A stretch of DNA of 64,000 nucleotides from an uncultured delta proteobacterium (GTDB taxonomy: Bacteria > Desulfobacterota > Syntrophia > Syntrophales > UBA5619): contig CAWFOM010000001.1 in the NCBI GenBank assembly GCA_963817385.1, positions 288,001-352,000 on the forward strand, written 5' to 3'. The notes under the pieces were generated by a model, which saw nothing but the letters and a program-made list of their open reading frames with translations, was not told the DNA's origin and did no database searches. Positions 17,616 to 29,765 of the stretch are shown one piece after another; positions within the stretch are counted from its first letter, which is position 1, and every line of letters begins with the position of its first letter. The translations under genes were made by a program, and so were the position numbers.

Positions 17616-18873
17616 ATGTCCTATTTGATGCAGGCCGACCCGGAGGTGGCAGAGGCCATCCGGCAGGAAACCCGGAGACAGGCGGGAAAACTCGAGATGA
17701 TCGCCTCGGAGAACTTCGTCAGCGAGGCCGTTCTGGAGGCCCAGGGGAGCGTCATGACGAACAAGTACGCCGAGGGCTACCCGGGCGAGCGATACTATGG
17801 GGGATGCGAGTTCGTCGACATCGTGGAGCGGCTGGCCATCGAGCGGAGCAAGAAACTCTTCGGTGCGGAACATGTGAACGTCCAGGCGCACGCGGGTGTT
17901 CAGGCCAACATGGCCGTCTATTTTTCCGTCCTGGAACCCGGGGATACGATCCTGGGAATGAATCTCTCCCACGGGGGCCATCTCTCCCACGGAAGTCCGG
18001 CCAGTTTTTCCGGACGGTTCTATCACGGCGTTTTCTACGGGGTGGACCGCAAGACCGAGACCATCGACTTCAACCAGGTGGAGTCGCTCGCCATGCAGCA
18101 CCAGCCGAAGATCATCGTCGTCGGCGCCAGCGCCTACCCCCGGACCATCGATTATGCAAAATTCCGGGAGATCGCCGACCGGGTCGGGGCGCTGATCCTG
18201 GCCGACATCGCCCATATCGGCGGCCTTATCGCCGCCGGTCTCCACCCGTCGCCCGTGCCGCACTGTGAATTCGTCACGATGACCACCCACAAGACCCTCC
18301 GGGGTCCGCGCGGCGGGCTCATCATGTGCAAGCAGCCGTTCGCCCAGGCCCTCGATGCCAAGATCTTCCCGGGGATGCAGGGCGGTCCCCTCATGCACAT
18401 CATCGCCGCCAAGGCCGTGGCGCTCAAGGAAGCCCTCACCGACGACTTCAAACGGTACCAGGCCCAGATCGTGAAAAACGCCGCAACCCTCGCCGAGACC
18501 CTTCAGACAGCCGGCTTCCGCCTCGTCTCGGGCGGCACGGACAACCACCTGATGCTGGTCGATCTTACCGACTCGGGTATCACCGGCAAGGAGGCGCAGG
18601 AGACCCTTGACCGGACGGGGATCACGATCAACAAGAATGCCATCCCCTTCGACACGAAAGGTCCGCATGTGACAAGCGGCATCCGCATCGGGACTCCCGC
18701 CTTGACGACGACGGGGGATGAAGGAGGCCGAGATGCGGCAGATCGGCGGACTCATCGCCGACGTCCTGAAGGATATCCATAACGAAAACCGCCTGGCCGA
18801 GGTCCGGGAAGAGGTGACGGTACTCTGCGGGCGGTTCCCGCTTTATGCGGAAAGGATCCGTGATAACAGGTAA
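17616..18873 (+). CDS. glyA: Serine hydroxymethyltransferase; frameshift near 18712
   Basis: [15 protein letters not shown] and [13 protein letters not shown]-terminus (GMKEAEM...FPLY) continues in another frame to TAA at 18873. Confidence 0.95.
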
Positions 18874-18895
18874 CAAACCCGGAGGGTCCTGAAAG

Positions 18896-19384
18896 ATGGA
18901 AAGGATCGGACAGGGGGAAGAACGGCAGATCGACGGCGCAGCATCCGGACGGCCGGCATGGGATGATTATTTTCTCGATATCGTCGGGATTGTGGCCAAC
19001 CGCGCCACCTGCATCAGACGCCGCGTCGGCGCAGCCCTGGTCCGCGACCGGCGGATCCTCTCGACGGGGTATAACGGCGCACCTTCGGGACTCCGCCATT
19101 GTCTGGAAATCGGTTGTCTCCGCGAACAGATGAGCATCCCCTCCGGCGAACGCCATGAGCTCTGCCGGGGGCTGCACGCCGAGCAGAACGCCATCATCCA
19201 GGCGGCGCTGCACGGGGTCGGGGTGAACGGGGCAACCCTCTACTGCACGAATCACCCCTGCATCATCTGTGCGAAGATGATCATCAATGCCGGCGTCGTC
19301 CGGATTGTGGTCGGGGGGGAGTACCGGGACCGTCTTGCCGAAGAGATGCTGACGGAGGCGGATATCGAGGTGATTCGGCGATGA
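18896..19384 (+). CDS. dCMP/cytidine deaminase family protein (ComEB-like)
   Basis: [18 protein letters not shown] and PCIIC motifs. Confidence 0.9.
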   Translation: MERIGQGEERQIDGAASGRPAWDDYFLDIVGIVANRATCIRRRVGAALVRDRRILSTGYNGAPSGLRHCLEIGCLREQMSIPSGERHELCRGLHAEQNAIIQAALHGVGVNGATLYCTNHPCIICAKMIINAGVVRIVVGGEYRDRLAEEMLTEADIEVIRR

Positions 19385-19866
19385 AATGTCCTTTCTGCGC
19401 GCACGATGAAAACAAGGTGATCGACTCCCGGATCAGCAAGGACGGCGACGCCATCCGGCGGCGGCGGGAGTGTCTGGGCTGCGGCAAGCGCTTCACCACC
19501 TATGAGTTCGTCGAAGAGGTCCTGCCGGTGGTCGTCAAAAAGGACGGCCGCCGGGAGCCGTTCGACCGGACGAAGATCCGCAACGGCATCAAGAAGGCCT
19601 GCGAAAAACGCCCCATCAGCATGGACGCCATCGAACGTGTCGTGGACAATGTCGAGCGCGCCTGTCAGGAATTCCAGGACAAGGAGATCCCTTCCTCGGC
19701 CATCGGGGAAAAGATCATGCACGAGCTGCAGACCCTCGACGGCGTCGCCTATGTGCGCTTCGCGTCGGTCTACCGGCAGTTTCGGGATGTCAGCGAATTT
19801 TTAGAGGAATTGAAGGACCTCCTCCATGCCAAAAAGGACGGGGAGGGCGGAAGGCAGGAGGGATAG
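19381..19866 (+). CDS. nrdR: Transcriptional repressor NrdR
   Basis: MKCPFC, IRRRREC, RFTTYE and AYVRFASVY motifs. Confidence 0.97.
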   Translation: MKCPFCAHDENKVIDSRISKDGDAIRRRRECLGCGKRFTTYEFVEEVLPVVVKKDGRREPFDRTKIRNGIKKACEKRPISMDAIERVVDNVERACQEFQDKEIPSSAIGEKIMHELQTLDGVAYVRFASVYRQFRDVSEFLEELKDLLHAKKDGEGGRQEG

Positions 19867-19869
19867 CGG

Positions 19870-20548
19870 GTGTTCACGGGAATTGTGGCCGCGACGGGAT
19901 CCGTCCGTCGCCTGACGCGCCGGGGTGAGGACGCCCTGATCGAGATCGACACCTCCCTGGATCTGGACGACGTCCGGATCGGGGACAGCATCGCCGTGAG
20001 CGGCGCCTGTCTCACCGTCACCGCCCTGGGCGGCGGGGGGTTTACCGCGGATGTCTCTGCGGAAACCCTCTTGCGAACGACACTCTCGACCGCGGCGGCC
20101 GGCGAGCCGCGTCAACCTCGAAAAGGCCCTGCGGCTCGGAGACCGCCTCGGGGGGCACATCGTCCTCGGTCATGTCGACGGCGTGGGGAAGATCCGGGAA
20201 AAAACGGTCCGTTCCCATTCGGTCATCTTCGGATGCGAGATCGATCCGGAGCTCACGCGCTATGTCGTTCCCAAGGGATCGATCACTCTCGACGGAATCA
20301 GCCTCACCGTCAATAGCTGTGAAAAAAACCGGTTTTATGTTAATATCATCCCGCATACGGCGGCAGGGACGACACTCGGAATCAAAAAGGTGTCGGACAG
20401 CGTCAACGTAGAAACGGATATTCTCTCCCGGTATGTGGAGAAACTGATCCTCGGGGGAAAGGAAACGGGAGGAGCAGCCGGCCGCTCGGCGAGTTCCGCC
20501 GGAGAGATTGATCTGGACATGCTTTCCCGATACGGGTTTTTGAAATGA
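19870..20548 (+). CDS. ribE: Riboflavin synthase; frameshift near 20095
   Basis: MFTGIV start and [13 protein letters not shown], then VNLEKAL...[11 protein letters not shown] in the second frame. Confidence 0.93.
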
Positions 20549-21747
20549 GCGTCAGCACCATCAAAGAGGCCATCGTCGATATCAGAAGCGGCAGGATGGT
20601 CATCCTCGTCGACGACGAGGACCGGGAAAATGAGGGCGACCTCTGTCTGGCGGCGGAGTTCGTCACGTCGGAGGCGATCAACTTCATGGCCCGATACGGC
20701 CGCGGGCTCATCTGCCTCACCCTGACCGAGGAAGATGCGGAACGGCTTCGCCTGATACCGATGGTCCGGGACAACCGTTCCTGCTTCGGCACGGCGTTCA
20801 CCGTCTCCATCGAGGCAAAGCGGGGAGTGACGACGGGAATTTCGGCGGCGGACCGCGCAACCACGATCCTGGCCGCCGTTGCCGACGGCGCGAGGCCGGA
20901 CGACTTGGTCAGCCCCGGTCATATATTCCCCATCCGCGCCAAGAAGGGCGGGGTCCTGGTGAGAACCGGCCAGACGGAAGGTTCGGTCGATCTGGCCCGC
21001 CTCGCCGGCCTGAAACCCGCCGGTGTCATCTGCGAGATCATGAAAGACGACGGGACGATGGCCCGCATGCCCGACCTGGAGATCTTCGCCCGGGAACACG
21101 ATCTGAAGATCGTGACCATCAAGGATCTCATCGATTTCCGGATGCAGCACGAATCCTTGATCCGCCGGGCGGCGACGGCCACGATTCCGACCCGGTACGG
21201 CGGTGATTTCAAGCTGATCGTCTATGAAAACGATGTAGACGATATGAAACACCTGGCCCTCGTCAAGGGAGAGATATCTCCGGAGGACGAGGTCCTGGTC
21301 CGTGTCCATTCGGAATGCCTCACCGGCGATGTCTTCGGCTCCGAGCGGTGCGACTGCGGCGACCAACTGCATCGGGCGATGGAGATGGTGGCGGAGGTCG
21401 GCAAGGGGGTGATTGTCTACATGCATCAGGAGGGCCGCGGGATCGGCATCGTCAACAAGATCAGGGCCTACGAACTTCAGGAGCAGGGGAAGGACACGGT
21501 GGAGGCCAATATCGCGCTGGGTTTCAAGGAGGATCTCCGGGATTACGGCATCGGCGCCCAGATCCTGGCCGATATCGGGGTCCGGAAGATGCGGCTCCTG
21601 ACGAACAATCCCAAGAAGCTCGTCGGCCTGGAAGGGTATGGGCTTACCATCACCGAACGGGTCCCGATCGAGATCTGTCCGAACGAAAACAACATCCAGT
21701 ACCTCCAGACGAAGAAGCAGAAGATGGGACACATCCTGAAGATCTGA
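20545..21747 (+). CDS. ribBA: Bifunctional DHBP synthase / GTP cyclohydrolase II
   Basis: [24 protein letters not shown] and EGRGIG motifs. Confidence 0.97.
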   Translation: MSVSTIKEAIVDIRSGRMVILVDDEDRENEGDLCLAAEFVTSEAINFMARYGRGLICLTLTEEDAERLRLIPMVRDNRSCFGTAFTVSIEAKRGVTTGISAADRATTILAAVADGARPDDLVSPGHIFPIRAKKGGVLVRTGQTEGSVDLARLAGLKPAGVICEIMKDDGTMARMPDLEIFAREHDLKIVTIKDLIDFRMQHESLIRRAATATIPTRYGGDFKLIVYENDVDDMKHLALVKGEISPEDEVLVRVHSECLTGDVFGSERCDCGDQLHRAMEMVAEVGKGVIVYMHQEGRGIGIVNKIRAYELQEQGKDTVEANIALGFKEDLRDYGIGAQILADIGVRKMRLLTNNPKKLVGLEGYGLTITERVPIEICPNENNIQYLQTKKQKMGHILKI

Positions 21748-21811
21748 GAATAGACGGAGGCGGCAGGCCTTCTTAATAGCACAACCAAGATTTTTGTGAG
21801 GAGAACGAGCA

Positions 21812-22276
21812 ATGCCTAAAATTATCGAAGGGAAGATCGTCGCCAAGGGAATGAGGTTCGGCATCGTCGCCAGCCGATTTAACGACTTCATCAGCGGCCG
21901 GCTGATCGAGGGGGCCGTCGATGCCCTCACACGGGCCGGGGCGGATGAAAAAGAGATCCAGATCGTCCGGGTCCCCGGTGCATTCGAACTGCCGCTCACT
22001 GCCAAGAAAATGGCGAAGAGCGGTCGCTTCGACGCCGTGATTTGTCTGGGCGCCGTGATCCGCGGCGCCACCCCTCACTTCGAGTATATCAGCGCCGAGG
22101 TCTCCAAGGGGATCGCCAGCGTGGGTTTGGAGACCGAGGTGCCGGTGACCTTCGGCGTCCTGACGACGGATACCATCGAACAGGCCATCGAACGGGCGGG
22201 GTCCAAGGCGGGCAACAAGGGATCGGATGCCGCCATGTCCGCCATCGAGATGGTTGATCTTTTCAGAAAATTGTAA
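21812..22276 (+). CDS. ribH: 6,7-dimethyl-8-ribityllumazine synthase
   Basis: SRFN, VPGAFE and IRGATPHF motifs. Confidence 0.97.
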   Translation: MPKIIEGKIVAKGMRFGIVASRFNDFISGRLIEGAVDALTRAGADEKEIQIVRVPGAFELPLTAKKMAKSGRFDAVICLGAVIRGATPHFEYISAEVSKGIASVGLETEVPVTFGVLTTDTIEQAIERAGSKAGNKGSDAAMSAIEMVDLFRKL

Positions 22277-22328
22277 TCGGGGCCGGGCGTAATCGGGATT
22301 CTCTTATCATCGGATCCATGAGGGTTAC

Positions 22329-22790
22329 ATGCACCAGAGGCGGAAGGCACGGGAAGTTGCCCTGCAAGTTCTTTATGAGCTGGATGTTCAAAAGATCAGC
22401 ATCCGGGAAGCCATTGAGCGTTTCTGGGCGAATTTCGACGCACCGGAGGAGACCAGGCAATTTTCTTCTCTTCTGATCGAGGGCGCCTGGAGCAACCGGG
22501 ATGAGATCGATCGCCTGATCAGCGAAAGTTCCGAAAACTGGACCATGGCCAGGATGTCCCGGGTAGACAAGAGTATCCTGCGCATGGCAGTTTACGAACT
22601 TCTGTTCTGCCATGACATCCCCCCGAAGGTCACCCTGAACGAAGCCATTGACCTCGGAAAGGTCTACGGTTCCGAAAATTCGGGCGCGTTTATCAACGGC
22701 ATTCTGGATGCCTTGTACGGAAAGCTGCGCAAGAAGGATACGGATGAAGATCAAGATATCGACAGCATCACCGGATGCCCTGTCCCGTGA
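22329..22790 (+). CDS. nusB: Transcription antitermination factor NusB
   Basis: RRKAREVALQVLY and FINGILD motifs; follows ribH. Confidence 0.95.
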   Translation: MHQRRKAREVALQVLYELDVQKISIREAIERFWANFDAPEETRQFSSLLIEGAWSNRDEIDRLISESSENWTMARMSRVDKSILRMAVYELLFCHDIPPKVTLNEAIDLGKVYGSENSGAFINGILDALYGKLRKKDTDEDQDIDSITGCPVP

Positions 22791-23352
22791 GACCCTGATT
22801 CTCGGATTCTTCTCTGACGAACGACCGCCGAAAGGGTATTGCGGTCTGGTGGACTGGCGTCTCAACGGGATGATCTCGGCCGAGATCGCCGGCGGCAGGA
22901 TCTCCGGCAATTTTCTGGAAAAGATCGCCTGCGCCTTTCCCCGGCGCATCCGCATCTCCCGCCTCCTCCTGTTCGGCTTGGGGGCACTAACCGAGCTGAC
23001 CTACGACCGACTCTACAATGCCGGTTTCGAGATGGTCAAGACCGTAAACGGAATCGAAGCGACCGACCTGGCCCTTCCGATGCCGGCCGCCGGCAGGGGT
23101 CCCCTGAACCTGGCCGGAATGACCGAGGCCCTGATCACGGGCATCTTTGACGGTGGCGCGGACACTCCGCAGAGGCTTTCGGCCCTGGGTTTGGAAATCC
23201 CCGCTCGGGACGATCATGCATACGACATCCACCGGGGTTTGATGCAGTTCCGACAGAACGCAGGAGCGGCGGATATCGAGATTCTGAACTCCGAAGACCG
23301 GATGGCAGGCGAAACCGGCACAACCGGCCAGGGGCATCCGGAAAAACGGTAA
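22744..23352 (+). CDS. Stand-alone peptidase M17 N-terminal-like domain protein
   Basis: FFSDERPPKG..GLVDWRLNG and LLLFGLG motifs; overlaps the end of nusB. Confidence 0.65.
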   Translation: MKIKISTASPDALSRETLILGFFSDERPPKGYCGLVDWRLNGMISAEIAGGRISGNFLEKIACAFPRRIRISRLLLFGLGALTELTYDRLYNAGFEMVKTVNGIEATDLALPMPAAGRGPLNLAGMTEALITGIFDGGADTPQRLSALGLEIPARDDHAYDIHRGLMQFRQNAGAADIEILNSEDRMAGETGTTGQGHPEKR

Positions 23353-23608
23353 TCTCCCTTCCAACTGAGGCCGGGTAACTTCACCGGTGGCGCCAAGCCG
23401 CGGTCCTAACCCTCCGCATCCCCGATTTCCGGGAAAAATAGGATTGAAAGGGCAGCCCTGATGTGCTACGAAGTGCGCCAAGGCCTTTTGACAATCCGCC
23501 TGCCGGCGAGAAAAACCTTCCCGCAGCGGCCCTGGCCTTCTTCATCTGCCAAGACCTCGTTACAGCCTTGGGGGATGTTCTCCTTACTTTTATCATACGG
23601 AGCGATGC

Positions 23609-26194
23609 ATGGACAGAAAGTACACCCCCTCGGAGATTGAACTGAAGTGGCAGAAATATTGGGAAGAAAAGCGGATCTTCTCCGTCACCGAAGATCCGGC
23701 GAAGAAAAAGTACTATCTTCTCGAGATGTTCCCCTACCCCTCCGGCCGGATCCACATCGGCCATGTGCGGAACTACACGATCGGCGATGTCGTCGCCCGG
23801 TACAAGCGGATGAAGGGATTCAACGTCCTCCACCCGATGGGATGGGACGCCTTCGGCATGCCGGCGGAAAACGCCGCCATCGAGCGGGGGATCCACCCCT
23901 CCGTCTGGACCCATGAAAATATCGACAACATGAAGCGGCAGCTCAAACGGATGGGCTTCAGCTACGATTGGGACCGCGAGCTCGCGACCTGCGAACCGGA
24001 ATACTACCGCTGGGAGCAGCTTTTCTTTCTCTGGATGTATGAAAAGGGCCTCGCCTACAAGAAAAGCTCCACGGTGAACTGGTGCCCCCAGTGCGAGACG
24101 GTCCTTGCCAACGAACAGGTGGAGGCCGGCCTCTGCTGGCGGTGCGGCTCCGAGGTCGGGGAGCAGTACTTGAGCCAGTGGTTCTTCCGGATCACCGCCT
24201 ATGTCGAGGAGCTCCTGGAGTACTGCGACAAGCTTCCCGGCTGGCCCGAGCGGGTCCTCACGATGCAGAAGAACTGGATCGGGAAGAGCTACGGCTGCGA
24301 GGCCTCCTTCCCGCTGGCCGACGGCACGGGGGAGATCAAGGTCTTCACGACGCGCCAGGACACGATCTTCGGCGCCACCTTCATGCTCATCGCCGCGGAG
24401 CACCCCCTCGTCATGGATCTTGCCCGGGGGAAGGAGTGCGAGGGGGCCGTTCGGGAGTTCGTGGAGAAGATCAAGAAGCAGGACAAGAAGATGCGGACCT
24501 CCGAGTATTATGAAAAGGAGGGCGTCTTCCTCGATGCCTGGTGCCTGAATCCCGTCACGGGGCGGAAGATGCCGATCTATGCGGCGAATTTCGTCCTGGC
24601 GGATTACGGAACCGGCTGCGTCATGGCCGTCCCGACCCACGACCAGCGCGACTTCGAGTTCGCCAAAAAGTACAACCTGCCGCTCATCGTGGTGATCCAG
24701 TCTCCCGACCGGGCCCTGAACATCAAGACCATGACGGAGGCCTACACGGACGAGGGGATCCTGGTCAACTCCGGTCCCTTCGACGGGATGGGAAACCTGA
24801 AGGCTCAGGATGCCATCGCGGATCATCTCGTCGCGATCGGCCGGGGGAAAAAGACGGTTCAGTACCGCCTGCGCGACTGGGGCATCTCCCGCCAGCGCTA
24901 CTGGGGGGCACCCATCCCGATGGTGATCTGCGAGGCATGCGGGACCGTGCCGGTCGCGGAAAAGGACCTCCCCGTCATCCTGCCCCGCGACGTGGAGTTT
25001 AGCGGCGAGGGAGGCTCGCCGCTCGCCAAATACGCGCCTTTCGTGGAAACCAGTTGCCCCCGCTGCGGGAAGCCGGCCCGGCGGGAGACCGATACGATGG
25101 ACACCTTCGTCGAGTCCTCCTGGTACTTCGACCGCTTCTGCTCGGCCCGCCATGACGTCAAGCCCGGCCTGGACAGGAAGAAACTGGACTACTGGATGCC
25201 GGTCGACCAGTACATCGGCGGCATCGAACATGCGATCCTCCACCTCCTCTATGCCCGCTTCTATACGAAGATGCTCCGGGATTTCGGCGTCATGGCATGC
25301 GACGAACCCTTTACGAACCTCCTCACGCAGGGGATGGTCTGCAAGGAGACGATGCGCTGCCCGGAACACGGCTACCTCTTCCCGGACGAGGTCCGGGAGG
25401 GGAAATGCATGCATTGCAACCAGGAGGTCACCATCGGCAAGACGGAGAAGATGTCCAAGTCGCTCAAGAACGTCGTGGACCCCGATTATCTGATCGGAGC
25501 CTACGGCGCCGATACCGCACGGATCTTCTGTCTCTTCGCGTCCCCGCCGGAAAAGGATCTCGAGTGGAGCGATCAGGGCGTCGACGGTTCCTTCCGTTTC
25601 CTCAACCGGACCTGGCGGATCATCATGGACTATCTGGAGGAGATCCGGGATGTGACCCCGTTCAACGGCGGCGAACCCCTGGAGGGCGATCTCAAGGCCC
25701 TGCGGCGAAAGACCCACCAGACGATCCGGAAGGTAACGTCCGACATCGAGGATCGTTTCCACTTCAATACGGCGATCAGCGCCGTGATGGAGCTGGTCAA
25801 CGCCCTCTACCAGCTTCCCCGCCCCGCGGCGGACGACCGGCTGGCGCTGAGCGTGGTCCGGGAGACGGTGGAAGCCGTCATCCTGCTCCTCGCCCCGATC
25901 GTTCCCCACATCACCGAAGAGCTCTGGACGCTCATCGGCCGCACGGAGGCCCTGGCCGATGTAGCCTGGCCGGCCTTCGACCCGGCGGTTGCCTCCGAGG
26001 AGGTGATCACGATCGTCATCCAGATCAACGGAAAGGTCCGGAGCCGGATCAGCGTCCCCGCCGATGAGGAGGGCGAGCAGATCAAGGCCCTGGCGCGGAC
26101 CGATGAGAAGATCGCCGGGCAGATCGCCGGCAAGAAGATCGTCAAAGAGGTGTATGTCCCGAAGAAACTGGTAAACATCGTCATTCAGCAATGA
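23609..26194 (+). CDS. leuS: Leucine--tRNA ligase
   Basis: MFPYPSG, HIGH and KMSKS motifs. Confidence 0.98.
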   Translation: MDRKYTPSEIELKWQKYWEEKRIFSVTEDPAKKKYYLLEMFPYPSGRIHIGHVRNYTIGDVVARYKRMKGFNVLHPMGWDAFGMPAENAAIERGIHPSVWTHENIDNMKRQLKRMGFSYDWDRELATCEPEYYRWEQLFFLWMYEKGLAYKKSSTVNWCPQCETVLANEQVEAGLCWRCGSEVGEQYLSQWFFRITAYVEELLEYCDKLPGWPERVLTMQKNWIGKSYGCEASFPLADGTGEIKVFTTRQDTIFGATFMLIAAEHPLVMDLARGKECEGAVREFVEKIKKQDKKMRTSEYYEKEGVFLDAWCLNPVTGRKMPIYAANFVLADYGTGCVMAVPTHDQRDFEFAKKYNLPLIVVIQSPDRALNIKTMTEAYTDEGILVNSGPFDGMGNLKAQDAIADHLVAIGRGKKTVQYRLRDWGISRQRYWGAPIPMVICEACGTVPVAEKDLPVILPRDVEFSGEGGSPLAKYAPFVETSCPRCGKPARRETDTMDTFVESSWYFDRFCSARHDVKPGLDRKKLDYWMPVDQYIGGIEHAILHLLYARFYTKMLRDFGVMACDEPFTNLLTQGMVCKETMRCPEHGYLFPDEVREGKCMHCNQEVTIGKTEKMSKSLKNVVDPDYLIGAYGADTARIFCLFASPPEKDLEWSDQGVDGSFRFLNRTWRIIMDYLEEIRDVTPFNGGEPLEGDLKALRRKTHQTIRKVTSDIEDRFHFNTAISAVMELVNALYQLPRPAADDRLALSVVRETVEAVILLLAPIVPHITEELWTLIGRTEALADVAWPAFDPAVASEEVITIVIQINGKVRSRISVPADEEGEQIKALARTDEKIAGQIAGKKIVKEVYVPKKLVNIVIQQ

Positions 26195-26301
26195 CGGCGG
26201 ATAGACCGCTTACCAAGACACTCGTCCCGCCCGGTGACGCGAGCGGGGCGGGGAGGAACGGGAGAGAACATGATCTTCGGGGAAAGCAGGGATGGCAACT
26301 C

Positions 26302-26847
26302 ATGAATAACAACCGCAGGCATCGGCTCCTCCTCGTCGGACCGGGTTATGCGGGCGCGCTTATTCTCGTTCTTCTTTTCGCCGGTTGCGGCTACCATTTC
26401 ACGGGAGGGGGAGAATCGATCAATCCCGCCATCCGGACGGTCTTTGTGGATGCCTTCACGAACAGGACCAGTGAGGCCTATGCCGACAGTATCTTCCGCA
26501 CCGCCTTTATCAGCCGGTTCGTCCAGGAAGGCCGTTTCAGACTGGCCGGCAGCCGTGGGGAGGCGGATGCGATCTGCCGGGGAACCATCAAGATGCTGCA
26601 GGTTTCTCCCCTCTCCTACAAGGCAGGCAACCTCTCGGCCGAGGACCGGCTCACCATTATCCTGGAGATCTCCTTCGAAGAGCGGGAGAGCGGCCGGAGA
26701 ATCTGGTCGGACAGCGCCTTCACGGGAACGGGGGATTATCCCGTCACGACGGTCGGCGTGACGGAGACCAGCCGCAAAAATGCCCTCATCAAGCTGGCCA
26801 ATGACACAGCCGAGAGGGCATATCGTTTGATAATGTCCGGATTCTGA
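26302..26847 (+). CDS. lptE: LPS-assembly lipoprotein LptE family
   Basis: Lipobox FAGCGYHF; follows leuS. Confidence 0.8.
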   Translation: MNNNRRHRLLLVGPGYAGALILVLLFAGCGYHFTGGGESINPAIRTVFVDAFTNRTSEAYADSIFRTAFISRFVQEGRFRLAGSRGEADAICRGTIKMLQVSPLSYKAGNLSAEDRLTIILEISFEERESGRRIWSDSAFTGTGDYPVTTVGVTETSRKNALIKLANDTAERAYRLIMSGF

Positions 26848-26853
26848 GGAGGG

Positions 26854-27120
26854 TTACGCCTTCAGGGTGTTGACCTGTTTCGTCAGACGGGAGATCTTGC
26901 GCGAGGCGGTCTTTTTGTGAAAAGCACCCTTCGCCGCCGCCTTGGCGATGGCCGGAACAGCCTTGGCCAGGGCAGCCTTTGCCGCCTCCGGATCTTTGCC
27001 CTCGACGGCCTCCAGAACGGTCTTGACGCCGGTTCGGATGCTGGACTTCACGGAGATGTTTCGTTCGCGGTGCTTCAGGGCCTGCCTGCTTCTCTTGACT
27101 GCCGATTTATGTACGATCAA
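26854..27120 (-). CDS. rpsT: 30S ribosomal protein S20
   Basis: HKSAVKR...KGAFHKKTASRKISRL. Confidence 0.95.
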   Translation of the reverse strand: MIVHKSAVKRSRQALKHRERNISVKSSIRTGVKTVLEAVEGKDPEAAKAALAKAVPAIAKAAAKGAFHKKTASRKISRLTKQVNTLKA

Positions 27121-27211
27121 TAAACGTCCTCCTTCCGATCTTGAATAGTCGGTGGTTTCTATACGAATTCCACTTTCCTGTCAAGGTGAAAATTTTGCAG
27201 GCCGGGAATAC

Positions 27212-27667
27212 CTAACTCTCAAACGTCTTATCGTAATTGATGACCGTACTGCGACGGAAACCGAGGCGTTCGACGAAGCGAAGCAGTTCCTCATTATGTT
27301 CCTCGACAAGCGTTCGTATCGTGCCGACCTTCTCCTCCTGGCAGTAACCCACGAGGGTTCCCAGCAGCCGAACACCAATACCGCGGTTTTGATGATCGGG
27401 ATCCACCAGGATACTGTGAAGAATGCAAACCCCGGTAAATGGTATCATCACATATGCCAGGCGAGCGATGACAAAGCCGATGATGTTGCCGCCGGCTTCA
27501 GCGACAAAACTCATGTCCAGCGGTCCGCCGGGATCGGTCGTAATCATGTCTTTATAGCTCAGGGAACCTTTCGTCTTGCTGAACTTCTTGTCCAGAGCGA
27601 GAATATCGTGGATGTCGTTGCGGGTCATGGGCCGAATTTTTACTGCACTTTGTTCCACATTACTCAT
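27212..27667 (-). CDS. GNAT family acetyltransferase
   Basis: VDPDHQNRGIG acetyl-CoA motif and F.RLGF. Confidence 0.85.
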   Translation of the reverse strand: MSNVEQSAVKIRPMTRNDIHDILALDKKFSKTKGSLSYKDMITTDPGGPLDMSFVAEAGGNIIGFVIARLAYVMIPFTGVCILHSILVDPDHQNRGIGVRLLGTLVGYCQEEKVGTIRTLVEEHNEELLRFVERLGFRRSTVINYDKTFES

Positions 27668-27753
27668 GATAGGCACCCCCAAATTATTTCAGATAAGGTA
27701 AAACCGTTGCTTCATGGGTCAGGTCCCGGGCGTTTCCGCTCGAAACCGAGCGA

Positions 27754-28851
27754 TCATTTGGGCATCCAGCCGAGCCCCTTGGCGTGCAGGCTCTGGATGT
27801 AGAGCCTCTCCGCAGTCTCCGTCACTCCCGTCGTTTCCGGGTAAGCGCCGCTCGGGTCCTGTAAATCGGCCACCACCTTACCGTCTTCCGTAAACGCCAT
27901 CACATGGCCGTAGGCCTTCGGAATCGGCCACATCGCCCGCGGCAGGCGCAGGGTGAGCTTGCGCATGAACGGTTTGGCGGCCAGGTTGTCGATGGTGGGG
28001 TTGCGCGGCTTGGCGAAGCCGAGCCAGATTTTCCCGTCGAGGCCGCGCATCAGGTTGTCCGGATACCCGGGCAGGTTGTCAAACAGCAGTTTGGCCTGAT
28101 CTCCCGGGGTCGAGATATCCAGATCTTTCGCGCTCACGGAAATCTTCCACACCCGGTATTTCCCGGTTTCATTGACGAACAGCGTTTGCTCATCCCGGCT
28201 CAGGGCCAGGCCGTTGGCAAAACTCAAACCTTTCGCCACGACACGGGTCGTTTTGTTTGCCGGGTCGTACTCCAGAACGCGGCCGGTCGATGCCTGCTCC
28301 AGGATGTCCAGCACACTGGCTTCAAATGTCCCGCCCCAATCCTTGGGCGCAAAGCGGGTCGACGCATCGCTCACATATATCTTGCCTGATTTGGCCACAA
28401 TTACCGCGTCTGCGTAGCGGATCGGATCCCCGCTTACCTTGTCGGTCAACACCGTGATCTTCCTGTCGGGGCTGATCGACAGCAGGCCCTTGTTGACGTC
28501 GGCCGCGATCAGGTTTCCGCCTGCGTCAAAGTCAAAACCCAGCACCCGCCCGCCGGTGTTTGCAAACACCTCTTGCGCGCTGCCATCCGGATTCATTCGC
28601 AGGATATTGCCGCTGGCAACCGTTGTGTAAAGCTTGCCGTCTTTGCCGAAGGCGATGTGCTCGGGCCCTTCTTCCGTGCCGAGGGAAATCATCCTGAGGT
28701 TGGCCAGCTTGGTGTTGACCGCGTGCGGACCGGCGTAGCCGGGCGGCATGGGTGCAGTCCAACTGACCGGTTCAATCGGCACCGGCCAGAGGGTCAAATA
28801 GGCAGCCAGCAGCAACAGAAGGACACCAATCGTCAGAATCAATTTTTTCAT
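27754..28851 (-). CDS. Strictosidine synthase / SMP-30-gluconolactonase family protein
   Basis: GPEHI, GRVLG, FANG and LPGYPDN motifs; N-terminal membrane anchor. Confidence 0.88.
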   Translation of the reverse strand: MKKLILTIGVLLLLLAAYLTLWPVPIEPVSWTAPMPPGYAGPHAVNTKLANLRMISLGTEEGPEHIAFGKDGKLYTTVASGNILRMNPDGSAQEVFANTGGRVLGFDFDAGGNLIAADVNKGLLSISPDRKITVLTDKVSGDPIRYADAVIVAKSGKIYVSDASTRFAPKDWGGTFEASVLDILEQASTGRVLEYDPANKTTRVVAKGLSFANGLALSRDEQTLFVNETGKYRVWKISVSAKDLDISTPGDQAKLLFDNLPGYPDNLMRGLDGKIWLGFAKPRNPTIDNLAAKPFMRKLTLRLPRAMWPIPKAYGHVMAFTEDGKVVADLQDPSGAYPETTGVTETAERLYIQSLHAKGLGWMPK

Positions 28852-29303
28852 AGAACCTCCCAGCAGCAATGCAACCATTCATCGTCGGGCAACTGCCGGT
28901 CAAGGTAAGAGGTGGCGCGCATGGCGTCCAGCAAGGCATCGGGAGCGGTCACGTTTCCGACTGTGTTTGATAAAATCTTGCCTGTTTGTTTTAAGAGTGT
29001 AGGGAGAAGGGAGTTGTGTGTCAAGAACAATTTACCGCGACCTTCGCAGGACGATCCGGATGGCAGTTGGCGAAACCGGCGCCGAAGAAGAGCATGGTAT
29101 CGAGGAATGGATTTCGCCGTCAAGCATCGATTCTGATCGCCTATCACCGAATGGACGTTGAACCTGCCTTAACGCCGGCGGTTGATAGAATAAAAACGAA
29201 AAATCTGATAAAGACAGCAACAAGTGGAATTTGCGGTTGACGACGGCGCGTCTTCTGATAACAGGGATCAACACGATTTAAAAAGGCGGAGGCACGAGCG
29301 GTT

Positions 29304-29765
29304 ATGGCAAAAGTAATTGCGGTAAATATCAGTACGGAGAAAGGCGTCAGGAAATATACCATCCCGTCGTGCCGGCTGGTTACCGATCACGGAATCGATG
29401 GGGACGCACATGCCGGCAAATGGCACCGGCAGATCAGCTTGCTGGCTCAGGAAAGCATTGATAAAATGCAGGCGACGCTGACGGACATCCAGCTCAAGCC
29501 CGGCGATTTCGCCGAAAATATAACGACAACAGGCATTGCCGTCATGAAACTGCCGATCGGCACGAAACTGAGAATTGGAAGCGAAGCAGAGCTTGAAGTA
29601 ACGCAAATCGGCAAGGAATGCCATATGTCGTGCGAGATCCGTAATCTCGTCGGCGACTGCGTCATGCCGCGCGAGGGGATCTTCGCGATCGTTATCCGGG
29701 AAGGCACAATCAAACCCGGGGATGAGATAGAAGTCATTTCGTCGTCCCTTGCAGGAGGGCGATGA
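29304..29765 (+). CDS. MOSC-domain protein
   Basis: GDAHAG.WHRQISLL, GDFAENI and GDCVMPREGIF motifs. Confidence 0.9.
   Translation: MAKVIAVNISTEKGVRKYTIPSCRLVTDHGIDGDAHAGKWHRQISLLAQESIDKMQATLTDIQLKPGDFAENITTTGIAVMKLPIGTKLRIGSEAELEVTQIGKECHMSCEIRNLVGDCVMPREGIFAIVIREGTIKPGDEIEVISSSLAGGR

Noticed and set aside
20335..22071. 578-aa minus-strand ORF
   Set aside because: Antisense to ribE, ribBA and ribH.
23381..26191. 936-aa minus-strand ORF
   Set aside because: Antisense frame of leuS; a codon-bias artefact.
26847..26854. Absence of holA after lptE
   Set aside because: Simple relocation is common and cannot be judged from this window.
28860..28960. Coding-like fragment TAPDALLDAMRATSYLDRQLP
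   Set aside because: May be the tail of a lost gene, but no family can be assigned.
29000..29300. Possible Moco riboswitch upstream of the MOSC gene
   Set aside because: No recognisable conserved core motifs.
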